Sequence record: SRR9188677_125
Length of the DNA stretch: 64,000 nt
Reading direction: 5' to 3' (one strand)
Position numbers and translations under genes: made by a program. Within the stretch, counting starts at the first letter, position 1; every line of letters starts with the position of its first letter. Shown here piece after piece: positions 22,756-33,414 of the stretch. A model generated the notes under the pieces. That model was not told where the DNA came from. It did no database searches and saw only the letters and a program-made list of their open reading frames with translations.

Positions 22756-23697
22756 ATGTTTGCACTATATAAAAAAAGAGATTTCAGCGATTACGTCAGC
22801 GATACGTTTCAGTTTTTCAGGGAAACCGGAAAGCATTATCTAAAAAATTATTTCACTATTTGCGGGATCATGCTAATGATTTTAGTCGTGGTTTCGTATT
22901 TCTTATTTCAGGTCTATTTTGATTTCTTCCTGAATTTCGACCCATCCAACAACAACGCGAATTTCATGCAGAACCTTATACAGAATAATGCCGGAACCCT
23001 ATTCATTGGTGCCTTTTTCATGTTTCTGTTTATTGTGCTGCTAAGCATGCTCAATTACTCTATACCGGTAATTTATCTGGATCTGTATGATAAAAACAAA
23101 GGGAATAATTTCGAAACCAAAGACATTTTAAACCGCTTTAAATCGAAATTCGGAAGGATCATAGTGTTTTTCCTCGGATTGATTTTTCTGGTAACGCCTT
23201 TACTGATGTTCGTTTTTGTACTGCTGGTGCTGCTTTGCTTTATAATTATAGGAATCCCGATGCTGCTTTTGGCCGTTCCGGCATCAGTAAGCTGGATAAC
23301 ACTTAGTTTCTACGAATACCTCAACCACGACAAAGGTTTTTTTGAATCGCTGGGCAATGGTTTCACGCATCTAAAAAACCAATTTTTACCCAATGTAGGC
23401 GCGTTGATCATTATGTACATCATCATCCAGATTTCGATGTCGGTTTTTACCCTGATCCCCTACATGTTCGGATTGGCGTCTGTCTTTACATCTGCTCAGA
23501 GCCAGGGGCCAATGAATGGCGATTCCCTTTCCACAATTAAGGTTATGATGACTATAGTAATGGTGGTTTCCATGCTGATGAGCTACATTTTAAACAACCT
23601 GCTTTTAGTAAATCAGGGATTGGTGTATTACAGCAGAAGGGAGCACAACGAAAACATAAGTTCTCAGGATTCAATAGATTTAATTGGCAGTGAATAA
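22756..23697 (+). CDS. Integral membrane protein (~6 TM), unknown function
   Basis: Hydrophobic segments; 2 nt after spoIIM. Confidence 0.7.
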   Translation: MFALYKKRDFSDYVSDTFQFFRETGKHYLKNYFTICGIMLMILVVVSYFLFQVYFDFFLNFDPSNNNANFMQNLIQNNAGTLFIGAFFMFLFIVLLSMLNYSIPVIYLDLYDKNKGNNFETKDILNRFKSKFGRIIVFFLGLIFLVTPLLMFVFVLLVLLCFIIIGIPMLLLAVPASVSWITLSFYEYLNHDKGFFESLGNGFTHLKNQFLPNVGALIIMYIIIQISMSVFTLIPYMFGLASVFTSAQSQGPMNGDSLSTIKVMMTIVMVVSMLMSYILNNLLLVNQGLVYYSRREHNENISSQDSIDLIGSE

Positions 23698-24451
23698 ATT
23701 CCTTTTCCTTTTTTGGCTGCTTGTTTCTGTACCGCTCTGGTCGCAGGACACATTAGCCGTGCCCAAAAAGGAAACTATCAAGTTTACCGAAAAGGATATT
23801 GTGACCGACCAAAGCCCTATCGTATCCCAAGTTAAATTCAGGCCTGATTTTAAGCAGAAATACCAGTCGAGCGAGTTTGTATATGAAGTAAAAGTCGCCG
23901 AAAAAAGCACTTGGGAACGGTTTAAGGAATGGCTTGCCTATTGGTTCCAGAAGATATTCGGGCTTTCCAACATCGAAACCTCGTCTAAATACGTCGAATA
24001 TACTTTCAAGGGGATTGCAGGATTGATAGTCGCTTACGTAATCTACATGATTGCCAAAATCATTCTGAACAAGGATGGTAAATGGATCTTCGGCAAATCA
24101 ACCACGAAAAAAATCTATACGGATGAAGAGATCGAAAAGAACCTGATTCATGTAGATTTTGAAAAACTCGTGCAGGAAACCCTAAAAAACGGCGACAACC
24201 GACTGGCGATCCGCTACTATTACTTATGGCTTTTGAAACGTCTTTCTGAAGAAAACATCATCGAGTGGCATGCCGAAAAAACGAATTCGGATTATCTGTA
24301 TGAGATACAGTCCAACGATTTAAGAACTGATTTCCAATACCTTTCCTATCTGTACAATTACATTTGGTATGGCGAATTTGAAATGGACGACAACACTTTT
24401 CTGCATGCGAGGAATGCTTTTGACAAAACCTTAAAATCGCTGAACCGATGA
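23684..24451 (+). CDS. DUF4129-like protein
   Basis: AIRYYYLWLL, KTNSDY, YIWYG. Confidence 0.7.
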   Translation: MAVNKFLFLFWLLVSVPLWSQDTLAVPKKETIKFTEKDIVTDQSPIVSQVKFRPDFKQKYQSSEFVYEVKVAEKSTWERFKEWLAYWFQKIFGLSNIETSSKYVEYTFKGIAGLIVAYVIYMIAKIILNKDGKWIFGKSTTKKIYTDEEIEKNLIHVDFEKLVQETLKNGDNRLAIRYYYLWLLKRLSEENIIEWHAEKTNSDYLYEIQSNDLRTDFQYLSYLYNYIWYGEFEMDDNTFLHARNAFDKTLKSLNR

Positions 24452-25650
24452 GCAGGACCCTGAAAATATACATCCTTCTGCTGCTTGTGATTGTGGCGGT
24501 CTTCGTTTATCTGGATGCCATCCGGCCAAAGCCTGTTGACTGGACACCGAGTTACGATTTGAGGGAAAAGATACCTTACGGATTATACGTTTTTGATCAG
24601 GAATCCAAATCGATCCTGAGCCCGAACACAATCAAGAAAGAAAGCAAAACCCTTTATGAATTTTTAGATCCTTTGTACGACAACGATACGCTGGTGAAAG
24701 ATTACACGATAAAAGGCACCATCCTCAATGTTTGCGACAATTACATTATTGACGAAGAATCTACAAAAGAACTATTTTATTTCGTAAGCCACGGAAACAC
24801 AGCCTTTTTAAGTGTTCAGAACCTCCCGAAAATGTTTACGGATTCCTTAAAGATAGAAATCAAGTCCCAATTCGATTTATCCAAAAAACTCGATTGCTGG
24901 GTTGCCAATACTAAATTAGGAAAACAAAAATACAATCTGGGCCAAGGCGGCGGGAGCCATTATTTTTCAAAAATCGATACGCTTTACACTACCGTTTTAG
25001 GTTATCAGGGAGATGACAAAAACAAGCGTGTGAATTTCATAAAAGTCAATTTCCGGCAAGGAGCTTTCCTTATCCATTTACAGCCAACAGCATTTACCAA
25101 TTACCACCTTCTTAAGGACAATCACTCACAATACACAGAAAAAATTCTTTCTTATATCCCCAAAGGCGACATCTATTGGATGATAAAAGACCAGAACGGA
25201 ATTATTGAATCAGGCTCGCCCTACCGTTACATTTTAAGCCAACCCGCCCTAAAAGCAGCATGGTTCCTGTTTTTAATCGGGATCATTACCTTTATGATTT
25301 TCAATGCCAAAAGACGGCAAAGGATTATTCCTATAATCAAGCCGCTGTCCAACACCACCGTTGATTTTACGAAAACCATCGGGAATTTGTATTATCAGGA
25401 AGGCGACCATCAGAACCTGATCGACAAAAAAATCATCTATTTCCTCGAAAGGGTGCGAAACGAATATTTAATAGAAACGACTACTTTGGATGAAAATTTC
25501 ATCAAAAAATTACATGCCAAAACCGGCAAAGAACTAAAAGACATCGAACACTTGGTATATTTGATCAATTATCAGCGAAAAAGCTATAATCAGAGTATTG
25601 AAAGTGACCTGATCGAAATCAATAATGCAATAGAAAAAATCATCAACTAA
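24448..25650 (+). CDS. DUF4350-like membrane-anchored protein
   Basis: N-terminal TM, KIPYG, FTNY, C-terminal TM then KRRQRIIP...FTKTIGNLY. Confidence 0.7.
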   Translation: MSRTLKIYILLLLVIVAVFVYLDAIRPKPVDWTPSYDLREKIPYGLYVFDQESKSILSPNTIKKESKTLYEFLDPLYDNDTLVKDYTIKGTILNVCDNYIIDEESTKELFYFVSHGNTAFLSVQNLPKMFTDSLKIEIKSQFDLSKKLDCWVANTKLGKQKYNLGQGGGSHYFSKIDTLYTTVLGYQGDDKNKRVNFIKVNFRQGAFLIHLQPTAFTNYHLLKDNHSQYTEKILSYIPKGDIYWMIKDQNGIIESGSPYRYILSQPALKAAWFLFLIGIITFMIFNAKRRQRIIPIIKPLSNTTVDFTKTIGNLYYQEGDHQNLIDKKIIYFLERVRNEYLIETTTLDENFIKKLHAKTGKELKDIEHLVYLINYQRKSYNQSIESDLIEINNAIEKIIN

Positions 25651-26654
25651 TGGAAAATACAGAAAACTTCGAAAGCAATGAAAATCTAAATTTTCAGTCA
25701 AGGATCAATCTTGAACCACTTCGCGAAAGCATTGACAAGATCAAAGCCGAAATGGAAACCGTAATCGTGGGCCAGCATAAAATGATCGATCAGCTGCTGG
25801 TTTCGATTTTGGCAAACGGGCATGTGCTTATCGAAGGTGTTCCGGGAGTTGCCAAAACGATGACCGCAAAAATCATTGCCAAAACCCTTTCGGTTGACTT
25901 CAGCCGCATCCAGTTTACGCCCGATCTGATGCCTTCCGATATTTTGGGAACTTCCGTTTTCGACCTGAAAAAATCGGAATTCGAGTTTAAGAAAGGGCCT
26001 ATATTTTCCAATCTGATCCTGATAGACGAGGTCAACCGTGCCCCGGCAAAAACCCAGGCCGCTTTGTTTGAGGTTATGGAAGAGCGCCAGATCACCATTG
26101 ACGGGCAGTGCTATAAATTAGACCAGCCGTTCATCATCCTGGCCACCCAGAACCCGATTGAACAGGAAGGGACCTACCGTTTGCCGGAAGCCCAATTAGA
26201 CCGTTTTTTGTTCAAGATCAATATTGATTACCCGAAACTCAATGAGGAGATCGACATCATCAACCGCGAACACCTATTGCAGAATCACGGCAAACTGGAA
26301 AACATAAAAGCTGTGCTTTCCGCTGCGGATATCGTGAATTATCAAGCATTGGTGAAACAGATCAAAGTGGAGCCGAATCTTTTGGAGTACATTGCAAAAC
26401 TGGTTGTGAATACGCGTGAAAATGCATTCTTATATTTAGGGGCATCACCTAGAGCTTCCATTGCGATTTTGAATGCAGCCAAAGGTTTTGCAGCCATCCG
26501 TGGCCGTGATTTTGTTACTCCGGAAGACATTAAGGAAGCTGCCATCCCGGTTTTACAGCACAGGGTTATCGTAACCCCGGAGCGTGAAATGGAAGGCTTA
26601 ACCAGCATTGAAATCATTAAACAGATCATCGAAAGCATCGAAATACCAAGATAA
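25650..26654 (+). CDS. MoxR-family AAA+ ATPase
   Basis: GVPGVAKT, RIQFTPDLMPSDI, DEVNRAPAKTQAALFEVM, ATQNPIEQEGTYRLPEAQLDRF. Confidence 0.95.
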   Translation: MENTENFESNENLNFQSRINLEPLRESIDKIKAEMETVIVGQHKMIDQLLVSILANGHVLIEGVPGVAKTMTAKIIAKTLSVDFSRIQFTPDLMPSDILGTSVFDLKKSEFEFKKGPIFSNLILIDEVNRAPAKTQAALFEVMEERQITIDGQCYKLDQPFIILATQNPIEQEGTYRLPEAQLDRFLFKINIDYPKLNEEIDIINREHLLQNHGKLENIKAVLSAADIVNYQALVKQIKVEPNLLEYIAKLVVNTRENAFLYLGASPRASIAILNAAKGFAAIRGRDFVTPEDIKEAAIPVLQHRVIVTPEREMEGLTSIEIIKQIIESIEIPR

Positions 26655-26656
26655 AA

Positions 26657-27988
26657 TTGAACTTTTTCAGGCAATTATATATAAACAATTTCTTTTTCTA
26701 TCTGCTCATCGGCATCATAGTACTGTTCTGCTGCGCCTTTATTTTTCCGGCACTTTACAGTGCTGTATGGTTTTTGCTGCTTATGATAGGGGTATTTTTT
26801 GTTTTAGACATTCTAATCCTGTTCAGCAGTAAAAATGGGATTGAAGCCGAAAGGAGCACACCGGAAAAACTTTCCAACGGCGATGAAAACCCGATAGGAG
26901 TTACCATCAAGAACTTTTATACGTTTTCGGTTTTTGTAAAAGTGATTGACGAAATACCGTTTCAGTTCCAGGTACGTAATTTTGAGATCCGCCGCAAGAT
27001 GAAAAATGCTTCACAGGATGAATTTAAGTACCAATTACGGCCTACAGAACGCGGCGAATATTTCTTTGGAACTCTGAACATTTATGTTTCCTCGCCTTTG
27101 CGGATGGTTTCCAAAAGATACCGCTTCAACAAAGGCCAGATGGTCCCAACCTATCCTTCTTACATCCAGTTGCGCAAATACGACCTGATCGCGTTTTCGA
27201 ACAACCTGTTCCAATACGGCGTTAAAAAAATCAGGCGGATCGGCCATACCATGGAATTTGAGCAGATCAAGGAATACGTTCACGGCGACGATATCCGGAC
27301 CTTAAACTGGAAGGCAACTGCCAAGAAAAACAGCCTGATGGTCAATCAGTTTCAGGACGAAAAATCACAGAACATCTATATGGCAATCGACACAGGCCGT
27401 GTGATGAAAATGCCTTTCAACGGAATGAGCCTGCTCGATTATGCGATCAACGCCACTTTGGTCTTATCCAATGTTATCCTCAAAAAACAGGACAAAGCCG
27501 GAATGTTCTCCTTTTCAAAAAAGGTGGAAAATCGTGTCGTAGCTGAAAAAAGGACTTCGCAGATGCAGAAAATACTCGAAAGCCTTTACAACATCAAAAC
27601 GAATTTCTTTGAAAGCGATTATTCGCGTTTGTATGTTGACATCAAGAAAAACATCAACCAGCGAAGCCTCATAATCTTGTACACTAACTTTGAAACAATG
27701 GACGGCTTGCACCGCCAGTTGCCTTACCTGAAAGGGATTGCCAAAAACCATCTGCTCGTAGTGGTCTTTTTCCAGAATACGGAATTGTATCAGATTACCA
27801 ACAAAAAATCCGAAACTATACAGGAAGTTTACGACAAAGCGATTGCTGAAAAATTCATCTTCGAAAAAAGGCTCATCGTAACCGAACTGAAGAAATACGG
27901 CATCCATTCCGTGCTGACACAGCCGGAAAACCTGACTTTGGACACCATCAACAAATACCTTGAAATCAAGGCAAGAGGGATTTTATAA
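26657..27988 (+). CDS. DUF58 / vWA-like MoxR partner
   Basis: EFEQIKEY..GDDIR.LNWKATAK, IDTGRVM; N-terminal TM pair. Confidence 0.85.
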   Translation: MNFFRQLYINNFFFYLLIGIIVLFCCAFIFPALYSAVWFLLLMIGVFFVLDILILFSSKNGIEAERSTPEKLSNGDENPIGVTIKNFYTFSVFVKVIDEIPFQFQVRNFEIRRKMKNASQDEFKYQLRPTERGEYFFGTLNIYVSSPLRMVSKRYRFNKGQMVPTYPSYIQLRKYDLIAFSNNLFQYGVKKIRRIGHTMEFEQIKEYVHGDDIRTLNWKATAKKNSLMVNQFQDEKSQNIYMAIDTGRVMKMPFNGMSLLDYAINATLVLSNVILKKQDKAGMFSFSKKVENRVVAEKRTSQMQKILESLYNIKTNFFESDYSRLYVDIKKNINQRSLIILYTNFETMDGLHRQLPYLKGIAKNHLLVVVFFQNTELYQITNKKSETIQEVYDKAIAEKFIFEKRLIVTELKKYGIHSVLTQPENLTLDTINKYLEIKARGIL

Positions 27989-27998
27989 TAAATCTCAG

Positions 27999-28006
27999 TA
28001 ACTTTG
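27999..28006 (+). promoter_or_regulatory. -7 element TAACTTTG for the RNA methyltransferase gene
   Basis: Consensus TAnnTTTG 17 nt before the ATG. Confidence 0.55.
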
Positions 28007-28023
28007 GCACTTTATTCCTGCTG

Positions 28024-28812
28024 ATGAAACAAATTACATCTTCTCAAAATCCGTTCATAAAATCCCTGGCACAGCTTCAGGAGAAAGCCAAAGCACGAAA
28101 GCAATCGGGGCATTTCTTGATTGAAGGAATGCGCGAAATCGAGTTGGCTGTAAAAGGCGGATATGAAATTGAAACGATCCTTTTCCTTCCGGAATTGGTA
28201 GCATCCCAGCAGATTACTAAAATCGCAAATAACATTACTGATCTTATAGAAATCTCAAAAGAAGTTTATCAGAAACTGGCTTACCGGGACACCACCGAGG
28301 GAATCCTGGCTGTAGCCAAAACCAAATCGCTGCAGTTAGCTGATTTAAAGCTTCCGGAAAATCCATTGATTGTAGTTTTAGAAGCCCTGGAAAAACCCGG
28401 AAATATCGGTGCCGTTTTACGAACCTGCGATGCAGCCAATGTGGATGCCGTAATTATAGCCAACCCAAAAACCGATTTATACAACCCTAACATTGTCCGT
28501 TCAAGCGTTGGTTGTTTGTTTACCAATCAGATTGCAACCGGAAGCACAGAAGAAGTGATTGGTTTCCTGATTCAGAACAAGATCCGTTTTTATAGTGCCA
28601 CTTTACAGAATTCGACTTCGTATCATACTCAAGATTATACTACTCCTACCGCATTAGCAGTTGGCACGGAAGCCACCGGATTGACCGAACTTTGGCGCAA
28701 AAAGGCCACCCAAAACATTATCATCCCAATGCAGGGGGAAATTGACAGCATGAACGTTTCTGTTGCAGCGGCCATACTTATTTTTGAAGCCAAACGGCAG
28801 CGTGGTTTCTAA
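28024..28812 (+). CDS. TrmH/SpoU-family RNA methyltransferase
   Basis: EKPGNIGAVLRT, GTEATGL, IPMQGEIDSMNVS. Confidence 0.9.
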   Translation: MKQITSSQNPFIKSLAQLQEKAKARKQSGHFLIEGMREIELAVKGGYEIETILFLPELVASQQITKIANNITDLIEISKEVYQKLAYRDTTEGILAVAKTKSLQLADLKLPENPLIVVLEALEKPGNIGAVLRTCDAANVDAVIIANPKTDLYNPNIVRSSVGCLFTNQIATGSTEEVIGFLIQNKIRFYSATLQNSTSYHTQDYTTPTALAVGTEATGLTELWRKKATQNIIIPMQGEIDSMNVSVAAAILIFEAKRQRGF

Positions 28813-28851
28813 ATAAATCCTATCTTTAGGGTCAACCAAAACCAAAAACAC

Positions 28852-29295
28852 ATGAAAAAAAGTTTCCTTTTCTCGACCAACCCTTACAACATCTCCTTCG
28901 GAATTTTGCTTATCAGAGTTATCATTGGCGTGCTTATGGCATTCTATGGCTATCAGAAACTCATTAATTTTGAAACTATGGCAGCTTCCGATTTCTGGGC
29001 AAAAGAAGTCAGTTTCTTGGGCATGACCGGAAAAATTCCATTAGCCTTAACCGTTTTTGCTGAGTTCTTCTGCAGCCTGTTATTAATCGTTGGGCTATTT
29101 ACCAGACTGGCATTGGTTCCTTTGCTGATCTGCATGGGATATATCATTGCCTGCGTCGCTAAATTTTCTATAATTTATACCGGAGACAACGGAACCGAAG
29201 TTAACAATGCTTTCGTTTATTTCATCATTTATTTCGCCATTTATCTTACCGGGCCAGGGAATTACAGCCTAGATCATAAAATTGCCAACGGATAA
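28852..29295 (+). CDS. DoxX family membrane protein
   Basis: R..G.LM..YG..K, AE...GLFTR, GPGNYSLD. Confidence 0.85.
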   Translation: MKKSFLFSTNPYNISFGILLIRVIIGVLMAFYGYQKLINFETMAASDFWAKEVSFLGMTGKIPLALTVFAEFFCSLLLIVGLFTRLALVPLLICMGYIIACVAKFSIIYTGDNGTEVNNAFVYFIIYFAIYLTGPGNYSLDHKIANG

Positions 29296-29357
29296 CTGCA
29301 ATCCATTTGCATAAATCATTTGTTATGCTTATTTTTAGCTGATAGATTGAATAGGCT

Positions 29358-31577
29358 ATGATTGAAATAGATTTAGAGGAAGAAAAAAAAGCCATTGCCC
29401 GCGAGTACAAGGAATTACTTCGAATAAGTTACCAGACACTTACCGATTCTGATAAAAAACTCATACGAAAAGCTTTTGATGTCGCCGTTGAAGCCCACAA
29501 GGACCAGCGTCGGAAATCAGGGGAGGCTTATATTTTCCATCCTATCGGCGTTGCCAAAATCGTAGCTTCCGAAATTGGTCTCGGGGCAACGAGCATTGCC
29601 GCTGCCTTAATGCACGATGTGGTTGAAGATACCAATGTGACCATTGAAGACATCGAAAGAATGTTCAATCCTAAGATTGCGCATCTGGTGGAAGGACTGA
29701 CCAAAATCGCTCAGGTCAAAAAGGATATGAACATCTCCATGCAGGCGGAAAATTTCCGTAAGATGCTATTGACGCTCAATGACGATGTGCGTGTGATCCT
29801 GATCAAGATTGCCGACCGTTTGCACAATATGCAGACCATGGATTCGATGCCGGATTACAAACAGGTTAAGATTGCTTCCGAAACGCTTTACATTTATGCC
29901 CCGCTCGCCCATCGTTTGGGGCTTTACAATATCAAAACCAAGCTTGAGGATTTAGGCTTAAAATATACCGAACCCGAAGTTTACAAAGACATTGTCAGTA
30001 AAATCAAGGAAACCAAGGAAGAGCAGGACGAATACATCAAAACGATTTCCGATGTCCTGAAAAAATCGCTTGATGAAGAAGGCGTGGAATATACCATGAA
30101 AGGCCGTCCAAAATCGATTTATTCCATCCGAAGGAAAATGGCGGCGCAGAACGTGACCTTTGATGAAGTGTACGACAAATTTGCACTTCGCATCATCTAC
30201 AAATCCAATCTTCACGATGAGAAATTCCTAGCCTGGAAAATTTATTCGATAGTTACCGATCATTACCGCCCGAGCCCAAGCCGTCTGCGCGACTGGATTT
30301 CTTCGCCAAAATCAACCGGTTACGAAGCCTTGCACATTACCGTGATGGGGCCAAAAGGCCGCTGGGTAGAGATTCAGGTACGAAGCGAGCGCATGGATGA
30401 GATTGCTGAAAAAGGGTATGCGGCACATTATAAATACAAAAATGGAGCTACTGAAGAAAGCGGTTTAGACACCTGGCTCAACCTTTTAAAGGAAGCTTTG
30501 GAAAGCTCGGAAACCAATGCGGTAGATTTTGTGGAGGATTTCAAAATGAACCTCTATGCCAAGGAAATCTTCGTTTTCACACCAAAAGGCGAAATCAAAT
30601 CGTTACCAAAAGGCGCAACTTCGCTTGATTTTGCGTTCAGCATCCACTCCGAAATCGGAATAAAAACAAGAGGAACAAGGGTTAACGGGAAATTAGTCCC
30701 GCTAAACCACGAACTGAAAAGCGGTGACCAGATTGAAATCATAACCTCTGTACATCAGAAACCGACTATCAACTGGTTGGATTATGTTACTACATCCAGA
30801 GCAAAAAATAAAATCCGGAACGTTCTAAACGAAAACACCAAGAAAATTGCTGAAGACGGCAAAGAGTTGCTGACCCGTAAAATGAAGCACCTCAAAATTA
30901 CGCTCAATGAAAGCGTGATCAATGAACTGGTGAATTTCTTCAACCTCAAAACCAGCCTCGACTTGTTTTACCGCGTTGGGATTGGCTCTATAGAAAACCA
31001 GCAGCTCAAGGATTTTGCCGCGCAGAAGAGCAATACGCTGATGAACTTCTTCAAGAACAAAATCAGGCGTTCGCCAAGTTCGGCACCGGACGACATCAAC
31101 AAACAGGTACTGAACAGCAATTATGATATGCTGGTTTTCGGTTCCGAGCAGGATAAACTCGACTACAAATTGTCTTCTTGCTGCAACCCTATTCCTGGGG
31201 ATGAAGTGTTTGGCTTCATTACGATAAACGAGGGAATAAAAGTCCATAAAAAAGATTGCCCGAATGCCATCACGCTACAATCCAATTATGCTTACCGCAT
31301 CATGCAGGCCAAATGGATCGATTCTTCACAGCAGGAATTCAAGGCTATTTTAAAAATCACCGGAATGGACTCCTTGGGCTTGACCAACGAACTGACCAAA
31401 GTGATCTCGAACAACATGCATGTGAACATACAGAGCATTTCACTTAGTGGCGATGCCGGGATCTTCAACGGGCAGGTTGCCGTAATCGTACAGAACAATG
31501 CCATCCTGAAAAAACTAATCGAAAACATCAAAAAGATTGACGGCATTGATAAGGTAACGAGGGTTTATACGAATTAA
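29358..31577 (+). CDS. relA: RelA/SpoT bifunctional (p)ppGpp synthetase/hydrolase
   Basis: HD hydrolase (RKSGEAYIFHP, HDVVED), synthetase (GRPKSIYSI, GYEALH, EIQVR), TGS and ACT domains. Confidence 0.95.
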   Translation: MIEIDLEEEKKAIAREYKELLRISYQTLTDSDKKLIRKAFDVAVEAHKDQRRKSGEAYIFHPIGVAKIVASEIGLGATSIAAALMHDVVEDTNVTIEDIERMFNPKIAHLVEGLTKIAQVKKDMNISMQAENFRKMLLTLNDDVRVILIKIADRLHNMQTMDSMPDYKQVKIASETLYIYAPLAHRLGLYNIKTKLEDLGLKYTEPEVYKDIVSKIKETKEEQDEYIKTISDVLKKSLDEEGVEYTMKGRPKSIYSIRRKMAAQNVTFDEVYDKFALRIIYKSNLHDEKFLAWKIYSIVTDHYRPSPSRLRDWISSPKSTGYEALHITVMGPKGRWVEIQVRSERMDEIAEKGYAAHYKYKNGATEESGLDTWLNLLKEALESSETNAVDFVEDFKMNLYAKEIFVFTPKGEIKSLPKGATSLDFAFSIHSEIGIKTRGTRVNGKLVPLNHELKSGDQIEIITSVHQKPTINWLDYVTTSRAKNKIRNVLNENTKKIAEDGKELLTRKMKHLKITLNESVINELVNFFNLKTSLDLFYRVGIGSIENQQLKDFAAQKSNTLMNFFKNKIRRSPSSAPDDINKQVLNSNYDMLVFGSEQDKLDYKLSSCCNPIPGDEVFGFITINEGIKVHKKDCPNAITLQSNYAYRIMQAKWIDSSQQEFKAILKITGMDSLGLTNELTKVISNNMHVNIQSISLSGDAGIFNGQVAVIVQNNAILKKLIENIKKIDGIDKVTRVYTN

Positions 31578-31686
31578 CAAGCTTCAATTTCATAGTAAAA
31601 GCAGAAAAAAACGGTGATGCCTATACGCACAATATCGTATTTCACGGCAGGCGGCAAATCCATAAATTCGTAAAAATCTTTTACTT

Positions 31687-32604
31687 ATGAAAAAACAAGC
31701 ACTTGGGCTTTTGTGCGGCCTTTACGCAATGGGATCTGTTGCCCAAAACAACCTTATCTTAAATCTTTCGTTTAACGGAAATGCCAATGACATCAGTGGC
31801 AACAACAATCACGGCACAGTCCACAATGCCACCCTTACCCAAGATCGCAACGGAAATCCTAATGGAGCGTATGATTTTAACGGTTTGGACAGCTATATAG
31901 ATTTTCCGGCAAGTGCATCACTTTTGGAAGTTTTCAACAGCCAGGAAGTCACGATTACGGCATGGATTAGTATCCGCAACTGGTACCAGGGCTGGAATGT
32001 ATTTCCGATCATAGAGCAATACAATCCCGAAACCGATTACGGATCTCTGGTTTTTGAAGCGAACTGGGCATCCGGTGGAATCCTGTTTACTTCAGGCTAC
32101 AATTACCTCGCAACCGGATGCAACTACAACTGGGACTTTAATGCCTGGCACCATGTTGCGGTGACTTACGACAAATTGAATTCAACAGTCAAATTTTATG
32201 TTGATGGCAATCTGACCTGTACTAACTCCTATTCGCAGGATTTTTCACATGACGACACCCATTCCTACGCCATCGGCCGCAGCTTGAGCGGTCCCGATGA
32301 ATATAGCGACGGAAAAATAGACGATATTGCTATTTATGACAAGGCGCTTACCCAGGCAGAGATACAAAACCTTCTGGCAACAGAAAGTTTTACCAGGAAG
32401 GCTGTACAACTTTATCCTAATCCCGCTGCTGATTTTCTTACCATTGAAAATTATGATAACCCAGAAGTCAAAATATTCTCTATTGATGGAAAACTGGTTT
32501 TTTACGGTCAGATATCAGGAAACCGAATTGACCTCAGCCAGATGTCGCCTGGAATCTACAATGCTGTCGTTGATGGAGCGCATCACAAGTTCATTAAAAT
32601 CTGA
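31687..32604 (+). CDS. LamG/concanavalin-like protein with T9SS type A C-terminal domain
   Basis: FNGNANDISGN, WHHVAVTY, GKIDDIAIY; LYPNPA...GIY...KFIK. Confidence 0.85.
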   Translation: MKKQALGLLCGLYAMGSVAQNNLILNLSFNGNANDISGNNNHGTVHNATLTQDRNGNPNGAYDFNGLDSYIDFPASASLLEVFNSQEVTITAWISIRNWYQGWNVFPIIEQYNPETDYGSLVFEANWASGGILFTSGYNYLATGCNYNWDFNAWHHVAVTYDKLNSTVKFYVDGNLTCTNSYSQDFSHDDTHSYAIGRSLSGPDEYSDGKIDDIAIYDKALTQAEIQNLLATESFTRKAVQLYPNPAADFLTIENYDNPEVKIFSIDGKLVFYGQISGNRIDLSQMSPGIYNAVVDGAHHKFIKI

Positions 32605-32731
32605 GGGCTGGCCAAATTGGTTATCAATTACCGAACCTAACAAATACTCACAGATAGTATCCGGGTAAAATTTATGTGGTTTAAAAGGTTACTTTCTGGC
32701 TTATAAACTTTTAAACTTGAAACAAAAAAAT

Positions 32732-32739
32732 TACCTTTG
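32732..32739 (+). promoter_or_regulatory. -7 element TACCTTTG immediately before the fur ATG
   Basis: Perfect consensus 4 nt from the ATG at 32744. Confidence 0.6.
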
Positions 32740-32743
32740 TCGC

Positions 32744-33199
32744 ATGACATTAATTTCTACAGATAACAGTAAAAATCAAGAAACTGTAAAAAACGTTTTT
32801 ACCTTATATCTTGAAAACAAAGGACATCGCAAAACCCCTGAACGTTACGCTATTCTTCAGGAAATTTATGACAGCGAAGAGCATTTTGACATAGAGAACC
32901 TTTACATCAAAATGAAAAACAAGAATTATCGCGTGTCACGTGCGACCCTGTACAACACCATCGAGCTTCTGCTGGATTGTGGTTTGGTAAGGAAACACCA
33001 GTTTGGGCAAAACCAGGCGCATTATGAAAAGTCTTATTTTGACAAGCAGCACGACCACATCATCATGACCGATACTGGCGAAGTGATAGAATTCTGCGAT
33101 CCGCGTATCCAAACCATCAAAAAAACCATCGAAGAGATATTCGGCATCGACATTCACAACCATTCGCTGTATTTCTACGCGAATAAAAAAGAGCAGTAA
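32744..33199 (+). CDS. fur: Fur-family transcriptional regulator
   Basis: [24 protein letters not shown]. Confidence 0.88.
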   Translation: MTLISTDNSKNQETVKNVFTLYLENKGHRKTPERYAILQEIYDSEEHFDIENLYIKMKNKNYRVSRATLYNTIELLLDCGLVRKHQFGQNQAHYEKSYFDKQHDHIIMTDTGEVIEFCDPRIQTIKKTIEEIFGIDIHNHSLYFYANKKEQ

Positions 33200-33414
33200 T
33201 GAAACCGATTGATTATTTCAAAAAGACCTTTGTATTCGTTTTCTGTTTCACGATCGTATACAAACTGGTCTACCAGGTTTTTGAAGGCCTGTCAACCATT
33301 ACGCCGAAATTTTTATTGAAAGTATTTTTGATAGGAACCACAGCTGCACTCATTTTAGCCACACTGAATTACTTTTTTAAGATTGATTTCATAAAGAAAA
33401 AGACAACTAAATAA
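33199..33414 (+). CDS. Small two-TM hypothetical protein
   Basis: 71 aa, two hydrophobic helices, TAATG overlap with the fur stop. Confidence 0.55.
   Translation: MKPIDYFKKTFVFVFCFTIVYKLVYQVFEGLSTITPKFLLKVFLIGTTAALILATLNYFFKIDFIKKKTTK

Noticed and set aside
25650..27988. MoxR/vWA as an anti-phage defence system or Bat operon
   Set aside because: No nuclease or effector domains and no BatA-E-type genes; the partners are membrane DUF proteins.
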